Positions 10,569 to 19,227 of a stretch of DNA of 64,000 bases are shown in pieces. The stretch covers positions 128,001 to 192,000 of the IMG/VR virus record IMGVR_UViG_3300035696_000004. One strand, given 5' to 3'. Positions within the stretch are counted from its first letter, which is position 1, and each line of letters opens with the position of its first letter. The DNA is from a virus. Lineage: Duplodnaviria > Caudoviricetes. Below the pieces are notes generated by a model. It saw nothing but the letters and a program-made list of their open reading frames with translations, was not told the origin of the DNA and made no database searches. A program made the position numbers and the translations under genes.

Positions 10569-11867
10569 TTATGCCAGAATGGTGAGTTCTTTTGCTTTGA
10601 CGAAGAGGTCGTTGGCGACCAAGCTTTCGAGTTCTTGTTGGAGGGTTTCGGCGGAGAGACGCTTCTTCTGACTGGACGAGAAGAAACCCCATACCACATC
10701 GAACCACTGACGGCGGTCATTGACAGCCTTCAGGTATTCATCCACGATAGCGATGTCCTCGAGGATCTTTTCGATGGCCTTTTTGTCCAGACCCTTGACC
10801 TTGAGGTTTTCGACCATCTCGTTGCGAATACGTTTTGCTCGCACGCCAGGGCGATCATAGATCGTCGAGCCCAGACCATCCACTGCCGTAAAGATCATCC
10901 AGCCAAACGCCGTGTACATACTCAGGAGTGTCGCTACGCCACCCGATACAGCCAGAGCGATCGTCAAGATGAGCAGGATCGTCTTGAGCGCTTCCATCGC
11001 AATGTACTTGCCTGTCGTACGGAACGAGATGTGACCCGCTTCCCGGCTCAACTTGTCCAGGAACGTCAGGAGATGGCGACCTGCACCGTAACGACCAGCG
11101 TACTGGTCAGCGAGTTGCTCCCAGTTGTTGGCGTCATAAATGTTGGTGCCGAGTGCGGAGATGGATTCTTTCACCGCTGCATTGACGATGACCGTTTCCA
11201 CGACCGTCTTGTTGTTCGACTTGGTGAGCTCTTGGACATCCAGGTCGGAGAGCTTCATGGCTTTGCGTGCAGCGATCAGGAGCGTTTCTTTTTCCGGTAC
11301 GCTATACGAACCATCCAGACCGCGTGATACCCCTGCCAAGACTTGGTTGTTCGTCATGGAACGACTGATGTACTCGAGGTACGTCATCAAGTGACCGACT
11401 TCATGCAACGTTGCTGCTGCAAATTCTTCGGACGTGTACTTCTTGTTGAGGAGCAAAGCGGACGATACGTAGATACGGGACTTCATTTCCGAGAACACAC
11501 CCGTCACCCGACCCGTCTGGATGTTGACCGATCCCCGAGCCATTTGTTCGGCATTCTTCACCATGGCCAGACCTTCACGGTCATGGAAGTAATGACGAAT
11601 GTAGCTATTGATCAGAGGGTTGTTGCGGTTGATATCCGGGATATCCACTTCAAAACCACCGTAGCCCAGTACGAGCTCGACATTCAAGCCGCCTTCTTTA
11701 CCGCCGGTGTGGTTCTTGATAATCGCTTGGACCATCGCGAGTTCATCAGAACCTTCCAGTTGATCAGCCGTCAGCGCCCGGATCTCATCATACGCCAGGA
11801 CGAGTTCCTTAAAAAACAAATCGCTCTGAAACGCTACCGCTTCAAAGCCCATTCCAAATTTTCTCAT
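10569..11867 (-). CDS. Virion protein with zincin metallopeptidase motif (gp84-like)
   Basis: 432 aa; AAATLHEVGH (HExxH), downstream EQLADQYA, and a C-terminal hydrophobic segment. Confidence 0.7.
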   Translation of the reverse strand: MRKFGMGFEAVAFQSDLFFKELVLAYDEIRALTADQLEGSDELAMVQAIIKNHTGGKEGGLNVELVLGYGGFEVDIPDINRNNPLINSYIRHYFHDREGLAMVKNAEQMARGSVNIQTGRVTGVFSEMKSRIYVSSALLLNKKYTSEEFAAATLHEVGHLMTYLEYISRSMTNNQVLAGVSRGLDGSYSVPEKETLLIAARKAMKLSDLDVQELTKSNNKTVVETVIVNAAVKESISALGTNIYDANNWEQLADQYAGRYGAGRHLLTFLDKLSREAGHISFRTTGKYIAMEALKTILLILTIALAVSGGVATLLSMYTAFGWMIFTAVDGLGSTIYDRPGVRAKRIRNEMVENLKVKGLDKKAIEKILEDIAIVDEYLKAVNDRRQWFDVVWGFFSSSQKKRLSAETLQQELESLVANDLFVKAKELTILA

Positions 11868-11950
11868 GATGAAATCCTGGGGGACTATTTAAAAATTATC
11901 AAACGGTCTTATCGTTTGACTGAGAATTATCACAGAATTAAAGGGCGGCT

Positions 11951-13681
11951 ATGGCTAAAATCCCAAAAGATGAGATTGCAGGTTACGAGTGCCGATTCGC
12001 TGTACACATCCCTCCACCTCCGGGGGAACACAACGACTACCACTTGATCAAAGAAGTCATTCACCTCAAGGATGGCTCTCGCGTCCCAAATATCCGCATC
12101 AAAGAGAATTTCAAACGTTCCTTCTACGTCACCAAGAAAGGGTTTCAAAACCACAAGAGCAAGAAGGAATGGGAAGACATCGATAAGCTCAACAAGTTCG
12201 AGTGCACGCAAAGTGAACTCCAATTTGCTGTCGCTAAAGCCCTGGGTGCAACAGGCAAGATGGACAAATGGGTACCGACCCCGATGCAAGTCGGTAAGAA
12301 AGGATCACGTAGCCCATATCTCTACGGTAGTGACATTCTCTCCACGGCGATCATCAAACGACAATACGCGGAAGCCTTCCCGACACTCAACACACCCTAT
12401 TCGGTAGCCTGTTTCGATACGGAAACCGATATGGAGAATGGCACCGGCGAAATTATCATGGCGACGCTCTCTTTTGGGAGTAAAGTCGTTACGGCTGTTC
12501 GGCGTGACTTTCTCAATGGTGTCGCGAATGCAGAAGAACGTGCTCGCGAGATGTTTCAACGTTATCTCGGCAATATCACGGATAGCGATGGCAATGTTAC
12601 AAACCTCGTCGAGAGTCGAAAGATCGATTGGGAACTCAAGATCGTCGACACAGAGATCGAGATCATCACGACGTGCTTTAAACGAGCACACGAGTGGAAG
12701 CCGGACTTTGTAGCTATCTTCAATATCGACTTCGATGTCCCGAAGATGCTCGATGCCTGCAAACGTGCCGGTGTAGATCCCAAAGATATCTTCTGCGATC
12801 CTTGTATACCGAAGGCCTATCGGTTCTTCAATTACGTTCAGGGACCGCGCCAAAAGAAGACAGCCAAAGGGGACATCACTCCGCTCAAACCCCATGAGCA
12901 GTGGCATACGGTCTTTTGTCCGGCGAGTTTCTACTTTATTGACGCGATGTGCGTCTATAAAAAGATCCGGAACGCTGAGCAGGAAGAGCCCTCGTACAGT
13001 TTGGATGCGTTGCTCAACAAGCATCTTGGGTTGCGTAAGCTGAACTTTACGGTGGCAGATGGTTTTGTTAAGGCCGACTGGCATATCTTCATGCAGACGC
13101 AATATAAGCTCGAATACGTCATTTACAACGTGTTCGACTGCGTCTCGATGGAGTTGCTCGATGAGAAGACAAAGGACTTGTCGATCGCGATGCCGATGCA
13201 GTCGGGAAGTTCTGACTTCTGCAACTTCAAGTCACAGCCTCGCCGTACGGTTGACAACTTGCATTTCGTCTGCCTGATGCGAGACAAGGTCATTGGGTCG
13301 ACGTCTGATGAGATGTCGGACGGATTCGATGGGTTGACTTTGGGCCTTGACGATTGGATCGTTACCCTGCCGGCACACTTGGTGATGGATAATGGTCTTT
13401 GTATCATCGAGGAATATCCGGCGATGCGCACCAATTGCCGGGCGCACATAGGTGATTTGGACGTTTCGGCAAGTTATCCAAATGGCGAGTGTGTCTTCAA
13501 TGTTTCGAAAGAGACGACCCATACAGAACTCTGTTCTATTGAGGGTGTGGACGAGGAACTCCAGCGATTGGAAGGTGTCAATCTCAGTGCAGGGCCAACG
13601 AATGCACTTGAAATTTGTCACCATCTAATGGGGATGCCCACGTTGGATGAGCTCCTCGAATCATTTGAAGATGCTGCCTAA
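11951..13681 (+). CDS. Split family-B DNA polymerase, exonuclease plus motif-A subunit (phiKZ gp82-like)
   Basis: 576 aa; Exo I CFDTETD, Exo II FNIDFD, Exo III YNVFD, PolB motif A DLDVSASYP. Confidence 0.85.
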   Translation: MAKIPKDEIAGYECRFAVHIPPPPGEHNDYHLIKEVIHLKDGSRVPNIRIKENFKRSFYVTKKGFQNHKSKKEWEDIDKLNKFECTQSELQFAVAKALGATGKMDKWVPTPMQVGKKGSRSPYLYGSDILSTAIIKRQYAEAFPTLNTPYSVACFDTETDMENGTGEIIMATLSFGSKVVTAVRRDFLNGVANAEERAREMFQRYLGNITDSDGNVTNLVESRKIDWELKIVDTEIEIITTCFKRAHEWKPDFVAIFNIDFDVPKMLDACKRAGVDPKDIFCDPCIPKAYRFFNYVQGPRQKKTAKGDITPLKPHEQWHTVFCPASFYFIDAMCVYKKIRNAEQEEPSYSLDALLNKHLGLRKLNFTVADGFVKADWHIFMQTQYKLEYVIYNVFDCVSMELLDEKTKDLSIAMPMQSGSSDFCNFKSQPRRTVDNLHFVCLMRDKVIGSTSDEMSDGFDGLTLGLDDWIVTLPAHLVMDNGLCIIEEYPAMRTNCRAHIGDLDVSASYPNGECVFNVSKETTHTELCSIEGVDEELQRLEGVNLSAGPTNALEICHHLMGMPTLDELLESFEDAA

Positions 13682-13691
13682 GGTGACATAT

Positions 13692-14069
13692 ATGGAAGAC
13701 CCTTACAGACTTTGGACAATTCAAATGGGTAGTTGGCGGGTAGCGAGGGATAGAGGGATCAAGTTTCTCGATATCACGGCAAAATCCGGCATTGCGCTGT
13801 TTGCTCCTGATTTCTCATTAGTCATGGGGTACAAGAACGGTTCTGTTAGTGAGGAGGAATACACTCGGCACTATCTAGACAAGATGATGAGGAGTCAGAG
13901 AAGCGCTCCTAATTACTGGAATAACCTGCAACGTTATCACGACATTGCGTTCGCGTGTTACTGTCCACCTGATGTCTTTTGTCATCGGCATTTGTTTAGA
14001 GATTTAGCAAGTGAACATTTGATCAAATTAGGTCACTCTGTTGAATTGATGGGTGAGTTACAAAAATAA
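13692..14069 (+). CDS. DUF488-like protein
   Basis: ATG 13692 after AAGGTG; FAPDF...EEEYTRHY and CYCPPDVFCHR motifs. Confidence 0.6.
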   Translation: MEDPYRLWTIQMGSWRVARDRGIKFLDITAKSGIALFAPDFSLVMGYKNGSVSEEEYTRHYLDKMMRSQRSAPNYWNNLQRYHDIAFACYCPPDVFCHRHLFRDLASEHLIKLGHSVELMGELQK

Positions 14070-14098
14070 ACAAAGAAAAAAAAGAATGGTGGTGATTG

Positions 14099-14126
14099 CC
14101 CCCTGAGAGCCTAGGCTCTCAGGGGG
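14099..14126. terminator. Bidirectional stem-loop between convergent operons
   Basis: CCCCCTGAGAGC-ctag-GCTCTCAGGGGG, 12-bp stem; A-tract upstream gives a U-tail on the minus strand. Confidence 0.8.
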
Positions 14127-14135
14127 TGTATGACG

Positions 14136-14306
14136 TCAGTGCAGCTTTTGTAGCGCGCATCGGCGCGCATTGTTGATCAGGAGGGTACGTTCCAGACCCG
14201 GCAGGGTAGGTAGGAGCGTTTGTTCGTAGGCACGGAGATAGTCGGCTAGGGCTTCACCGACACGGCGGTCACGGAACTTTACGGAGGTACGATCAGTAGG
14301 TCTCAT
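14136..14306 (-). CDS. Small hypothetical protein (56 aa) absent from the ORF track
   Basis: AAGGAG 5 nt before ATG 14306; MRPTDRTSVKFRDRRVGEALADYLRAYEQTLLPTLPGLERTLLINNARRCALQKLH; ends just before the terminator. Confidence 0.7.
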   Translation of the reverse strand: MRPTDRTSVKFRDRRVGEALADYLRAYEQTLLPTLPGLERTLLINNARRCALQKLH

Positions 14307-14371
14307 GATGACTCCTTGACGATGAAATGACCGCGATCAGATATAGTCACGGTCGATCTAGCAGAATGATT

Positions 14372-15079
14372 TCAGAACCCCATTGACATCATGAGGTCTA
14401 TGATTGTCCGAGTACCCGTGCGACCCAGATTCGGGAGCTTGAGCAGCGCTTCTTCTTTCACCACCATCAAGTCCAGCAGGTTGTTGATTCCTGCTGCGAT
14501 GAGGGTATTTTTCACCCGTTGTTGCAACGGCAGCCGTTCGACAGGTACATGGGCCAGCAAGCCGACAGGGATCGCACGACCCTGCACTTGACGCAAGGTG
14601 CGTTTCGTTTCATCGTACTCGATGAAACCGGACGAGTAATACGGGGCTTCGATCGTAGACGAACCCGTCAGGGTGTCCAAAACACGTTCCAAAGCCTCTT
14701 GAGTCGGGTAGAAGTACCGGACCCGTTTATCTTCGGCAGGCCCCAAAACCATGGCGGCATTTGTGTCGTCCTTGGCCGACGGGTCGATCTGACCTGCGTT
14801 TACGACCTTGCTCAGGTCCGACGCACTGATGATGCGTTTCAGATCTTCGAGGGGGATGTGGGTTTCGCTGGCCGCGATCCCATCCACATCGGACTGGGAG
14901 AGGACGTACAAGAACGGGAACACGCTCTCGTCCATATAGGTCAGCAGATGCATACCGCATTGCTTTTCGAGCTCTTCAATACCCGCTGCGTTTTTCACGT
15001 AGTAGGTGTTTTCGAAGACCTTGACACACGCGTCACCTGCCAAGATTTTGAGCAGGGGGGAATTGTTAGTTTTAGCCAT
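14372..15079 (-). CDS. Protein with C-terminal RNA polymerase alpha-CTD-like domain
   Basis: C-terminal PVERLPLQQRVKNTLIAAGINNLLDL...LLKLPNLGRTG aligns by eye with RpoA CTD ([26 protein letters not shown]...LLKTPNLGKKS). Start ATG 15079 after AAAGGA. Confidence 0.8.
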   Translation of the reverse strand: MAKTNNSPLLKILAGDACVKVFENTYYVKNAAGIEELEKQCGMHLLTYMDESVFPFLYVLSQSDVDGIAASETHIPLEDLKRIISASDLSKVVNAGQIDPSAKDDTNAAMVLGPAEDKRVRYFYPTQEALERVLDTLTGSSTIEAPYYSSGFIEYDETKRTLRQVQGRAIPVGLLAHVPVERLPLQQRVKNTLIAAGINNLLDLMVVKEEALLKLPNLGRTGTRTIIDLMMSMGF

Positions 15080-15092
15080 GGTGTTTCCTTTG

Positions 15093-15545
15093 TTAGATGA
15101 TGGAGGTGAGATGGTGAACATACGGGAAGCGCTTGCACTTCATGCCAAAACGCCCGTGGTCGGCCGGTAAAGGTTCGAGCGTGGCCGGATTAAAGCCGAG
15201 CCAAGCGATAATGCTTTCCCGGGTGAAGAAGTGGACAGTACCTTTGTACTCGTCGTAATTCATCGGGGTGACTGCTGCGCAGACCAGTGACACGATATCG
15301 ATAGGTCCATCGACTTCGAAGCTGTACATGCCGCGAGCCACCCCGTAGATGTTCTGGTCTACCACTTTATACAGGAAGGTGTAACTGGTGTCGCAGAGCG
15401 CCAAGACTTCAACAAGTCGCCGCTCCGGGGCGGCGAAGAGCTCCTGGAGATCATCACCGGGAAGAACCTTGTAAGAACACTGTACCGACCGGACATTGTA
15501 AATGCAATCGATGCGGTCCCCGACAGAAATCAGTTTGGTCATCAT
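15093..15545 (-). CDS. Hypothetical protein
   Basis: 150-aa ORF co-oriented within the operon. Confidence 0.7.
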   Translation of the reverse strand: MMTKLISVGDRIDCIYNVRSVQCSYKVLPGDDLQELFAAPERRLVEVLALCDTSYTFLYKVVDQNIYGVARGMYSFEVDGPIDIVSLVCAAVTPMNYDEYKGTVHFFTRESIIAWLGFNPATLEPLPADHGRFGMKCKRFPYVHHLTSII

Positions 15546-15575
15546 TTTTTAGATCTCTCTTATTAGACAGAATAG

Positions 15576-15601
15576 CACCCGGGGACCGAAGTCCCCGGGT
15601 G
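15576..15601. terminator. Intra-operon stem-loop
   Basis: CACCCGGGGAC-cgaa-GTCCCCGGGTG; UUCG loop on the minus strand. Confidence 0.65.
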
Positions 15602-15612
15602 TCGTGATGTGA

Positions 15613-15801
15613 TTATTTCTTGGCGGCGATGCTCGACAGGAACGCCTTGACGTAATCGTCAAGAAACTCGTTTTCACGAATATCCCTGAACTTGAGAACG
15701 AACCGCTTCAGGGTATCTTCCCGTAGCCCGGGGTGCACTTTAATCGCGGCTTCGAGTAGCGACTTGAGTGCGAGGGCTTGCGTTGTTGTCGATCTGCTCA
15801 T
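15613..15801 (-). CDS. Small hypothetical protein (62 aa)
   Basis: ATGA coupling with the upstream ORF. Confidence 0.65.
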   Translation of the reverse strand: MSRSTTTQALALKSLLEAAIKVHPGLREDTLKRFVLKFRDIRENEFLDDYVKAFLSSIAAKK

Positions 15802-16016
15802 GGTGCGGTTTCGGCCTGCTGTTCTTTCTCCAGCAGATCCGCGTACTCCGTGAACATTTTTGCATCGCGAGAAAACTTCGAGTACGCGATATCACCCGGA
15901 CCGCAGGCCTCTGCCATTTCTTTCGACATGTTAGCCAGATCGCGCGCTTCGGCGAGGGTGAGACCGGGAACCTTGGATTTGTAAAGGACGAGACAACCGA
16001 GTTCGGCTGGAGTCAT
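15798..16016 (-). CDS. Small hypothetical protein (72 aa)
   Basis: AGGAG RBS before ATG. Confidence 0.7.
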   Translation of the reverse strand: MTPAELGCLVLYKSKVPGLTLAEARDLANMSKEMAEACGPGDIAYSKFSRDAKMFTEYADLLEKEQQAETAP

Positions 16017-16042
16017 TTTGTTCTCCTGGTGTTAGATAGGGT

Positions 16043-16531
16043 TCAGTTGAAATGGTCGTGGGCTTCTTTCAGACCACATCCCATGGTCGCGCGGTAAAAT
16101 TTCACCGCTTCGATCTTTTTACCTTGTGCGATGAGCTCTTTGCACTGGCGGTCGAGGTCGTCGACACTGATGGTGCTCGCAGGTAGCATCTGCTTACGCA
16201 GTTCATCAAGCTCACGGCGATAGCTGTTGATCACCGTGCTGAGGAGGCTCTCGTATGCCATCTTTTCTTCCATGGTCGGAGGATTCGATGCGAAGGGGAG
16301 TTGTTCGACCTCCTTTACCGTTTCTTGAAGAATCTTGACCAGAGAGTTCGGACTGTCGGTCAGATCGTACGGTCCCGGGCTCACGTGCTTCTTGACGAGG
16401 GCGCCTAGGACGATCAGAGGTTTGGCTACCTCGAGCTTCTCCTCGAGCTCCATGGTTTTGGCAGCTTGCTTGGCCAACTGCTCCCGGACTTCAGCGAGGG
16501 TGAGGCAGGTTGAAACAAAAGATTCGGACAT
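16043..16531 (-). CDS. Coiled-coil protein with C-terminal ribosomal L7/L12-CTD-like motif
   Basis: KKIEAVKFYRATMGCGLKEAHDHFN resembles bL12 K.I.VIK.VR..TGLGLKEAK; AAGGAG RBS. Confidence 0.7.
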   Translation of the reverse strand: MSESFVSTCLTLAEVREQLAKQAAKTMELEEKLEVAKPLIVLGALVKKHVSPGPYDLTDSPNSLVKILQETVKEVEQLPFASNPPTMEEKMAYESLLSTVINSYRRELDELRKQMLPASTISVDDLDRQCKELIAQGKKIEAVKFYRATMGCGLKEAHDHFN

Positions 16532-16563
16532 TGGGTACTCCTTGTTAGTAGAGAGTGGTGCCG

Positions 16564-17010
16564 TCAGTGGTCGAGTGACCGGGTAATGACAGCACCGACC
16601 AGGCCGGCGAGCGACAGAAGCTCACCTTCCAGTGCCCGCAAACGACGCATGTCGTCGTCGGTGTATTTGGAGGGATCCGAGGGGAGATCATCCACGACCC
16701 CGTGGACGATTTCTTTGAGCGGGAAGCGGACCTCGAGGACGACCTCTTGACCTGCGTCTTGGCTCGTATCGGCGTACGCCATGACGGTCCGGTGCAGCAA
16801 TCCGTCGAGGGCGTTGCTGTCGGTGAGTAGGCAGTCGTAACCGGGTTTGTTCTTGTTCTTGACGTAATCGACGATGTCGATCGTTGCCACGAAACGAGCA
16901 CGACCGCTATCATCAACCGGAAGGATCCTTTTCGAAATGGCGTCATCGCCAGAGGCGCTGTCTTGATCCGAATTCTGAATCGGGGGTTTCTTCATGAAAC
17001 GTTTGAACAT
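16564..17010 (-). CDS. Hypothetical protein
   Basis: ATG 17010 after AAGGA; 148 aa. Confidence 0.65.
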   Translation of the reverse strand: MFKRFMKKPPIQNSDQDSASGDDAISKRILPVDDSGRARFVATIDIVDYVKNKNKPGYDCLLTDSNALDGLLHRTVMAYADTSQDAGQEVVLEVRFPLKEIVHGVVDDLPSDPSKYTDDDMRRLRALEGELLSLAGLVGAVITRSLDH

Positions 17011-17020
17011 GGTTTTCCTT

Positions 17021-17572
17021 TCACCACTTCGTGTTTTCAGACCAGGTCGATCCTTCAAGAACTTCCATCGACCATGGCTTGTTACCAGCATAGTGCCACC
17101 CGAGGTCCTTAATGTATCGAGCCGGAAGGGTGCTGCCTTGTTTGGTTCGGATCACGACACCGCGGTCTGTGTCGGGATAGGTAGTTTTGCACGGCAAAAA
17201 CCCGGCCCGCAATGCGCTTCGCACGGAGACCGGAGTGAGTTGGTCACCCACAACCGCGAAGAACATGTGGGGCGGACTCGACAGTGCCAGTGTGACTTCT
17301 TCAACCTCCTTCTCTTCCGGGGACGACAAGTTGGTCATGAGCGCAGAGAGATTGCCGAGACCCAGTGCGTTGGCTAGGAGCTCGAAAGGGTGTTGGTTAT
17401 CCCAACCACGACCCGTTCGGATCTCGGACGACTCGACCCGATCAATCGATTGCATGAAGTCTGCGAATGCGGTACGGAATTCGGATTCCGTTTCACCTTC
17501 ATGCGGCTGACGGAAGTTGCGCAGCTCGGCGCGATCTTTGAGGGATTCAAAATCCGGGAAAGACATCGGCAT
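17021..17572 (-). CDS. Hypothetical protein
   Basis: 183-aa ORF in the operon. Confidence 0.65.
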   Translation of the reverse strand: MPMSFPDFESLKDRAELRNFRQPHEGETESEFRTAFADFMQSIDRVESSEIRTGRGWDNQHPFELLANALGLGNLSALMTNLSSPEEKEVEEVTLALSSPPHMFFAVVGDQLTPVSVRSALRAGFLPCKTTYPDTDRGVVIRTKQGSTLPARYIKDLGWHYAGNKPWSMEVLEGSTWSENTKW

Positions 17573-17586
17573 GGTGAATTCTTTCT

Positions 17587-17889
17587 TTATTTGAGTTGGT
17601 CGGCCAGGGCTTCCGAAGGATCACGGATGAATTCGTAAATGGCTTGGTTAGCCGCGGCATCGAAGGCAAAACCAGCGGCTATTTTATCCATGAGGTCCAT
17701 CTTGTTGCACAAGGTTTCGAAACGCTCCATGTATGCCGAGCGGTGTGCAGTCAGCAGGGTTTTTAAAGCCCGTGCGAATTCGACATAATCCTCCAAATAG
17801 AGGAGTGTGGCGATCGCATCAGAGGCGATATGGGTCTTGTACAGCTCGACGAGTTTCTCGAGTACTGTACGTTGTTCGGGGGTCAGCAT
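17587..17889 (-). CDS. Hypothetical helical protein
   Basis: AAAGGA upstream of ATG 17895/17889. Confidence 0.65.
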   Translation of the reverse strand: MLTPEQRTVLEKLVELYKTHIASDAIATLLYLEDYVEFARALKTLLTAHRSAYMERFETLCNKMDLMDKIAAGFAFDAAANQAIYEFIRDPSEALADQLK

Positions 17890-17899
17890 GACCATTCCT

Positions 17900-18295
17900 T
17901 TAGTAGACGGGTTTGCTGAGCCGTGCAAGAAGATCCGTCACCATAACAGCAACGTCAGAAGGGTTCTCGGTATTGTGTTCGATCCAGGTTTCCAGCTGTT
18001 GGGCAATCGCTAAGGAAGCGATCGCTGTCAATTTCGAAATGACGATTACTCTTTCCAGAGCAAAACCCTTTCCAATACCGTCGAAAAAGGACGGGTACTT
18101 CAATTGAGTTCTGTCGCAGCACAATTGTGCGATTATCTCGAGTTTCCCGGAGACTTCGCTTGCCAGCACACGCTGGTCGGCGGCGGTCTTGACGAAGTCG
18201 TAGTCCGTTTTCTTGAGAAATTCTTCGAGAGCATACACGAGGGACTTTGCATGGTCTTTTTGGATATGCTCGAACAGCTCTTTGTCAAACGACAT
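17900..18295 (-). CDS. Hypothetical protein
   Basis: 131 aa; GAGG RBS. Confidence 0.7.
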   Translation of the reverse strand: MSFDKELFEHIQKDHAKSLVYALEEFLKKTDYDFVKTAADQRVLASEVSGKLEIIAQLCCDRTQLKYPSFFDGIGKGFALERVIVISKLTAIASLAIAQQLETWIEHNTENPSDVAVMVTDLLARLSKPVY

Positions 18296-18307
18296 GAGAT
18301 CCTCTTT

Positions 18308-18694
18308 TCAGTGATTGCTGGACACTCGGCCGAGCAGTTCTTTCATGGTGGCGTCCGCAGCGGCGATGTTGAGATTCTCCAGTCCCTTTATTTTTTCAAG
18401 GAGCTTTTGATGCATGATCGCCATCGTCTGGGTCTGAAAGAAGACCGCCACGTAGCTGAACTCAAGACCGTTCATCTCGTCGCGATTAAGAGTACCGTTG
18501 ATAAGAAGCTGCTTTGCAACCTCTTCACCGGCACCGTAGAGCATCCCCATGATCTGGGTATTGACCATTTTTTTGTGTTCTTTCGAAACGAGCATTTCGG
18601 GATCGAAAGAACCCAACAGTTGATCGATGGTGGGGATGAGCGCTTTCGCCCCCATTGCGCAGATTTCATCCAGTTTAGTAAAATCGATGTTCAT
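18308..18694 (-). CDS. Hypothetical protein
   Basis: 128 aa; AAGGAG RBS. Confidence 0.7.
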   Translation of the reverse strand: MNIDFTKLDEICAMGAKALIPTIDQLLGSFDPEMLVSKEHKKMVNTQIMGMLYGAGEEVAKQLLINGTLNRDEMNGLEFSYVAVFFQTQTMAIMHQKLLEKIKGLENLNIAAADATMKELLGRVSSNH

Positions 18695-18737
18695 GTTCGT
18701 TACTCCTTATTAAAGTGGCAGAGACAGGTCAGGTGAT

Positions 18738-18923
18738 CTAGCGCCAGTCAGACGGGCGATGTACGACGCCGCCTTCGGGTACGTAATGGACACTACCGGG
18801 TTCGCAGTAGGCGCAGGTGCGATATCCCGGTCCGAGGTATACTTGGCGCGCCGGAACAACAACGCAGCCTGTGAAGAGGCTGCAAAGCAGCCCAATGAGC
18901 ATGATCTTAAGTGCGGTTTTCAT
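18738..18923 (-). CDS. Small predicted lipoprotein
   Basis: MKTALKIMLIGLLCSLFTG|C: positive N-terminus, hydrophobic core, lipobox; GGAG RBS. Confidence 0.7.
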   Translation of the reverse strand: MKTALKIMLIGLLCSLFTGCVVVPARQVYLGPGYRTCAYCEPGSVHYVPEGGVVHRPSDWR

Positions 18924-18927
18924 GGCA

Positions 18928-19218
18928 TTACTCCAATCTGTTTTTGGTGTTGTGCACGTGGCGTTTTACACACCACGGTGCTTTATCTTCGTTCGATTTC
19001 AACTGAACGCCCTGGATAGTCTTGAACGCTTCGATGGCGTCAGCGAGTTGTTTCCGAGCAGCGTCGATGAGCTCGGCGTACTCTTCATCACTTTTATCGC
19101 TCGCGTCATCAAAGTTCGTATTCGTAACGACCCAGCGCTTCAACTGATCGTCGTACTTGAACTTTACGTTGTAAAGCTCGTCCTTGTGCTGGACCTGTAC
19201 TTGGATTCCAAGCGACAT
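18928..19218 (-). CDS. Hypothetical protein
   Basis: 96 aa; AAGGAG RBS. Confidence 0.7.
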   Translation of the reverse strand: MSLGIQVQVQHKDELYNVKFKYDDQLKRWVVTNTNFDDASDKSDEEYAELIDAARKQLADAIEAFKTIQGVQLKSNEDKAPWCVKRHVHNTKNRLE

Positions 19219-19227
19219 GATAGCTCC

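Noticed and set aside
14338-14368. Possible seventh promoter copy (ATATAG...TCTAG)
   Set aside because: Spacing is off by one and the middle does not match; too weak to call.
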